A model generated the notes under the pieces. The model did not search any database and was not told the DNA's origin. It was given only the letters and a program-made list of their open reading frames with translations. A program made the position numbers and the translations under genes. Shown here in pieces: positions 59,310 to 64,000 of a stretch of DNA of 64,000 bases (positions are counted from its first letter, which is position 1; each line of letters starts with the position of its first letter). Location: the sequence record LT603033.1. One strand, written 5' to 3'.

Positions 59310-60452
59310 TCAATAAGCATCCCAAGGTAATGGTGTCTTTCTAAACCCATACCTAGTTGCGTTCTGCCCATCTCCGGCAATGTATCTACCGGTCCCACAC
59401 TGATATAATTCAGTACTGCTACATATCGCACCACCAATAGTCCCACTACACCACTGTGTTATATTAGAATATAATATTGGTAAATCACTACATTTGGTAT
59501 ATACTGCAACCGTGGCAGTCCCGCTCGGACCACCAAACACACTTCGGTTCGAACCCGTGTAATATATGCCATCTGGACTCATAAATGCAGATGTATAAGT
59601 TGTACTGCAATCCACTGGACTTCTTATATTATTAAGATCGCTTGGGTATGCTCTAGCACCATATGTGTATACATTACCAGCAGTAGTAATACCATTACCT
59701 AACTGACCATCATTTTGTCCACCACATGTAACCAACGATGCAGAACCAGAAACAATTGCAGTAGCATTATACGAAGTACCCATTGCAATAGAAGCACCAG
59801 ACAATAGTTTTGGTGTAACGATAGCTGTTGTATTACCCTGGCCTAATTCACCATTTGTGTTTCGTCCCCATGCGTATATAGAAGTCGTATCCAATCGACA
59901 TAGTACTGAACCATAACTAAACGTATATCGCATGTCATTTACAGCAGAAGGCAAATTAACCTTAGTTGCAACACTAATAACACCACCAGTAACACCACTG
60001 TTTGCGTTCATATTACGTCCATATGCGTATAAAGAACCATCAGCAGTTTTAATATGCATCATGCCATCTGTGCAATATAATGCATCGATGCTATCCACTG
60101 CAACTGGACCCATACTGGCAGTTATATCGGTCCACCCAAGCGTGGTAGTACTAGAAATTAAGTTATTTCCTGCGTATAGTATTCTATTATTATTAGTAAC
60201 TACAACTGTATATCTGGCAGTAACACCAATTAATCGAACATCAGTATATATCTTCGACCACGCACCTAGTGAATTGGTATTTGCATCCAAAAAGCCTAAC
60301 TGCCCATCTGTATTGTATCCAATACCCCATGCATCACCTGCACTGTCCAATAACACTTCATGTGAAAAGCCAATCTTAAAATCTTTTATTGTAGGAACTA
60401 CCGGAACTGGTGCAATATTCCCGTACTTAACCATTCTTCCAAAAGGTAACAT
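59310..60452 (-). CDS. RCC1-like beta-propeller protein
   Basis: MLPFGRMVKYGNI at 60452; GYNTDGQLG, WGRNTNGELGQG, GGQNDGQLGNG. Confidence 0.85.
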   Translation of the reverse strand: MLPFGRMVKYGNIAPVPVVPTIKDFKIGFSHEVLLDSAGDAWGIGYNTDGQLGFLDANTNSLGAWSKIYTDVRLIGVTARYTVVVTNNNRILYAGNNLISSTTTLGWTDITASMGPVAVDSIDALYCTDGMMHIKTADGSLYAYGRNMNANSGVTGGVISVATKVNLPSAVNDMRYTFSYGSVLCRLDTTSIYAWGRNTNGELGQGNTTAIVTPKLLSGASIAMGTSYNATAIVSGSASLVTCGGQNDGQLGNGITTAGNVYTYGARAYPSDLNNIRSPVDCSTTYTSAFMSPDGIYYTGSNRSVFGGPSGTATVAVYTKCSDLPILYSNITQWCSGTIGGAICSSTELYQCGTGRYIAGDGQNATRYGFRKTPLPWDAY

Positions 60453-60519
60453 AATTCCCTCCTTATTCATTATACTATATTTAATACAAATAAGAAAGCC
60501 AGTATCAAGTACTGGCATT
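60453..60519 (-). repeat. intergenic terminator / late-promoter / RBS cassette
   Basis: Near-identical to 59241-59306. Confidence 0.85.
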
Positions 60520-60523
60520 GTGT

Positions 60524-61703
60524 TTATCTAAAAGGAATGCACTTTTTGAATTTATATATATATCCAGTCTCACCTTGTTCAGTAAAATACCCAGGGTTTC
60601 CAGTCCAGTATAAATCCTCACCTATACTAACTACCGATACTGAACCATTACCAATCGTACCAAACCACTCAACATGTGATAAGTCAACACTATCATCAAA
60701 GAATTCTATTGGTAATATTGAACCATAATTCCCAGAGAATGCGTTGCGGCCTAATCCAGCACCATTAGAATTATATCCCTTACCATTCGTATTAATAATG
60801 TTAGTACTGGATTTTATTGCATTAACATAGGATACTGGTGAAAGTTTATCGAATGAATTTGCTGTTATATCGGTATAGGGATTTGTAGTAAATGATGACC
60901 TTATTATAGCAGTATTTTCAGAACCACCTATAGTCAACTGTGTGTTCCAACCAGCCGCCATTAAAGACAAAGCAGATGTACTACTTTGAACAATCAAACG
61001 TGTTACCCATCGTGTAGCTTGTACTGCAATTACATGAGAACTACCAAGATTCAATGCAGTAAAAGTAGTAATAGGATTATTATCACCGGTTCCTAATTGA
61101 TAAAAAGTATTCTCACCACAACGATAATATATACCATCTTTTATATAGTGAAAGTTTCTGCTCATTTCACTAGATGCAATTGCAGATACACTAGTGTCTA
61201 TTAAGAGTGGAGATGTAATTGGTGTAGTTGCTGTACCCAATTCACTTGCACCATTCATGCCTATACCATATAACTGACCGTCACTTGTTAGTATTAACAT
61301 GGAATTGTTAGTACTGGTTGATGATGTTATTTTTATATCTTTTATTGAACTCGGAGAAATAGATCCAAAATATGATTCACAACGAGTCCATGTTGAAACA
61401 GAAGATGATATACCAAAAACTGAGTTAGTTCCACTATAGTACAATTCCCCTTGTTTTGTTCTAATTATAGTACAATATAAAGAACTCCAGAAATCATCAA
61501 CACTATAAGGACATAAAACCCATCTATCTAAAAAAGATGAACCAGTAACTCCCATTTTTGATAATTGGTTTCCGTCCACGCATATATAATGACCCATCAC
61601 TGTATAATACGCTTATTGAATTTTCATCACTATTAATTTTAACAACAGTATCTTTGCCAGGGGCAATATTCCCATAATTCATCATTCTTCCAAAAGGTAA
61701 CAT
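60524..61703 (-). CDS. RCC1-like beta-propeller protein, frameshifted near 61569-61575
   Basis: MLPFGRMMNYGNI starts at 61703 (read by hand), stops early; body continues in track ORF 60524..61600. Confidence 0.72.
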
Positions 61704-61770
61704 AATTCCCTCCTTTATTTGTTATACTATATTTAATACAAAAAGAAAAGCCAGTACTGAGTACTGGCTA
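61704..61770 (-). repeat. intergenic terminator / late-promoter / RBS cassette
   Basis: GCCAGTACT-C-AGTACTGGC hairpin, TATTAAATA, AAGGAGGG. Confidence 0.85.
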
Positions 61771-61775
61771 TTATA

Positions 61776-62966
61776 TTATAATTGTCGGGGTGTATCTAGT
61801 ACATATCTAGTTGTACTAGGACCACCATCATCATAAGTTCCGGTTGAATATATATTTTTCATATCAGCAGTTAGAAAAGTACGATACGAACCGCGATATA
61901 TTTTTATTTTATCATACATAGAATATGTTATTTGTGTAGGCATTGGACATGCAGTAAACTTACCAACAGTTGCACTAGTACCAATACCCAATGAACCAGC
62001 ATAACTACTGGCATTTAAACCAGTTGCATATACACCAGTACTCGTAACTAGTATACTAGATTGTGTTGGGTATCCTGTATGAATTGAATACAAAGTTCCA
62101 GTTGGTAATGTCGTACTATTGCTCCCTAATACAGCAAGTGCCGAACTGGTTGTGGTATTGTTACCCCATGCACCATTACTCGCTAAACCACCAACTAGAA
62201 ACTGACGTGCACCAGAACTTGGATTCTCAACCAAAGCACTGACTGCACCACTTGAGCATCCAGTGTATTGTAACGTTTTTGTGTATGTTGTACTTGGTTT
62301 ATATAAAGTATATTCATTAAATGGTGTCCATGTGGTACTGGTACTTATACCTGACGTACCACCACCAATATATAAATTATTTTGTGTATCAAAAAACATT
62401 ACACAGTTATTTGTTGACTGTATTTGTGCAATATCAACATTAGGCGTGACAGCTTTTACAAATGATCCATCTGTTATTTGTTGAGTACTACCAGTACCAT
62501 CAGCGAATTGTCTAGCCCCACTCCAACCAGTACTCCATATTGTATTATTATCCATTAATACCGTAAACCACGTAGTACCTCCATACATCTGTTTAATTGA
62601 AGTACTTGAACTTTGCGTGTACAAATTTTCAATATATTGGTTATAACTTAAAAACGTAGTAGTACTAGTTGGTAAACCAACATGATCACCATATCCACAA
62701 TAAAAATAATTTGAGTCATTGTCTTTTACTAATAAAGTTCCTTGTGTAAGCCAGCAATCGTTAACGTTTTCTCTAATTAATGTCCATGATTTTAATGCAG
62801 TGTTGTTTCCTCTACCGAATTTCCCAAAACTATTATTCCCACGTGCATATAGTTGACCATCCGTATACAGAACCACAACATCTAAATCAGTTGGGATTAT
62901 TTTCTTAATTTGAAGTGGTACTGGGGCAATATTCCCATAATTCATCATTCTTGCAAAAGGTAACAT
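61776..62966 (-). CDS. RCC1-like beta-propeller protein
   Basis: MLPFARMMNYGNI; RGNNSFGKFG, GSLGIG repeats. Confidence 0.82.
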   Translation of the reverse strand: MLPFARMMNYGNIAPVPLQIKKIIPTDLDVVVLYTDGQLYARGNNSFGKFGRGNNTALKSWTLIRENVNDCWLTQGTLLVKDNDSNYFYCGYGDHVGLPTSTTTFLSYNQYIENLYTQSSSTSIKQMYGGTTWFTVLMDNNTIWSTGWSGARQFADGTGSTQQITDGSFVKAVTPNVDIAQIQSTNNCVMFFDTQNNLYIGGGTSGISTSTTWTPFNEYTLYKPSTTYTKTLQYTGCSSGAVSALVENPSSGARQFLVGGLASNGAWGNNTTTSSALAVLGSNSTTLPTGTLYSIHTGYPTQSSILVTSTGVYATGLNASSYAGSLGIGTSATVGKFTACPMPTQITYSMYDKIKIYRGSYRTFLTADMKNIYSTGTYDDGGPSTTRYVLDTPRQL

Positions 62967-63033
62967 AAATTCCTCCTTTATTCATTATACTATATTTAAT
63001 ACAAATAAGAAAGCCAGTACAGTGTACTGGCAT
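62967..63033 (-). repeat. intergenic terminator / late-promoter / RBS cassette
   Basis: Near-identical to 59241-59306. Confidence 0.85.
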
Positions 63034-63037
63034 TAAA

Positions 63038-64000
63038 TCATTGTATAAATGACATATCAACTTCTGTATAACTAAGAATGTTTTGTCCAGCAATTCCCCC
63101 CATTACTACCATAGCATACCCACAATAATATAATTGCTCAGTGTCCGTAAGTATAAGTGAACCAGATGGAGTGCGTACCAAATTACACGAACTATTAAAC
63201 GAAGTATACGAAGGAGTATATGAGTACTGATTAATATTATTACCAACACCTAATTGACCAAATCCATTCGACCCAGATGCGTATAGAACTTCATCACCTT
63301 TAGCTATATGTGATGCCATGTTACTAACACACGTATATAGAGTATAAACTCCTGAACTCAATAATGTCGGAGTTTTGTATTGTATATCGGTAGATGAAGA
63401 AGTACCACCTGTGCCAAATTCGTTCCCGTATTGTGCACCGAACTGTTTACCACAAGCGTACAAATTATTATCCGATTTAATAAAAAATGTACTCTGATAA
63501 CTTACATCAAAATCTATAACATCTGAAGCAATCATCGTCACCCCAGTAATAGAAGTTTGATTACCTGTACCTAACTGATAGTAATAGTTAAAACCACAAC
63601 CCCATAAAGTATTATCTTCTTTTAGGTATATGTTACCAACTGCCTTTTTAACCGAAGTTATAGTATCTACCCTTTTGAATGTGTTAAAAGAATTAATGTT
63701 TGTACCATCACCAAATGATGATAGGTTCGAGTTATTGTTAACTCCACAACAATACAACGTACCATCGTTTGTTATCAAATTCACCTTCATATCATTAAAA
63801 CTACTCATGTATTTTATATCAGAAACATTAATACCACCTGATGTTATCCACGTAGTACAGTCCGTCCACAAAGTTTTTGTATCAGTTACACCAGTGAATG
63901 CCTTCGTGTTACCAGTGATAAAAACTTTTCCAGTACCTTTCTCTTCATACAATTGACAACTACTACTGTTATCTTCCAATAGAACTCGTTTAACATTCTC
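63038..64000 (-). CDS. RCC1-like beta-propeller protein (5'-truncated by window edge)
   Basis: GFNYYYQLGTG, GSNGFGQLGVG; frame stays open to position 64000. Confidence 0.82.
   Translation of the reverse strand, partial: ENVKRVLLEDNSSSCQLYEEKGTGKVFITGNTKAFTGVTDTKTLWTDCTTWITSGGINVSDIKYMSSFNDMKVNLITNDGTLYCCGVNNNSNLSSFGDGTNINSFNTFKRVDTITSVKKAVGNIYLKEDNTLWGCGFNYYYQLGTGNQTSITGVTMIASDVIDFDVSYQSTFFIKSDNNLYACGKQFGAQYGNEFGTGGTSSSTDIQYKTPTLLSSGVYTLYTCVSNMASHIAKGDEVLYASGSNGFGQLGVGNNINQYSYTPSYTSFNSSCNLVRTPSGSLILTDTEQLYYCGYAMVVMGGIAGQNILSYTEVDMSFIQ

Noticed and set aside
57586-63956. Plus-strand ORFs within the propeller array (57586, 59932, 60537, 62263, 63630)
   Set aside because: Shadow frames of the RCC1-like genes, with no RBS.

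Overview
AT-rich segment of a large lytic phage genome. The gene style, dispersed tRNA cluster, sigma70-like factor and RCC1-propeller array resemble Rak2/GAP32/121Q-type jumbo myoviruses of enterobacteria (inference; no search run). About 55 kb is a dense + strand accessory region of small ORFs behind host-sigma70-type promoters. Two - strand, probably late and structural, islands lie at 22.5-23.6 kb and 55.7-64 kb. Recognisable genes are a C5 cytosine DNA methyltransferase, a sigma70-family factor, DenV glycosylase, a T7 gp0.7-like kinase and a second mini-kinase, HNH and PD-(D/E)XK nucleases, a repeat-containing homing-endonuclease-like protein, an AAA ATPase, a likely Ntn protease and 7 tRNAs. 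Unexplained structure: (1) about 21 divergent proteins sharing a C-terminal EExxFQxSxV/I motif; (2) several highly structured non-coding loci (about 340, 74, 250, 470 and 65 nt); (3) strong enrichment of the palindrome AGTACT, often inside promoter spacers; (4) a dispersed terminator-promoter hybrid repeat; (5) an array of at least 7 RCC1-like genes with a conserved N-terminal peptide and a repeated expression cassette; (6) a tRNA-Ser with an ACU anticodon; (7) further paralog families (MTHEEW microproteins, small membrane proteins, exported two-Cys proteins). No CRISPR array, integrase or rRNA was seen. Hypothetical-protein starts are best guesses.
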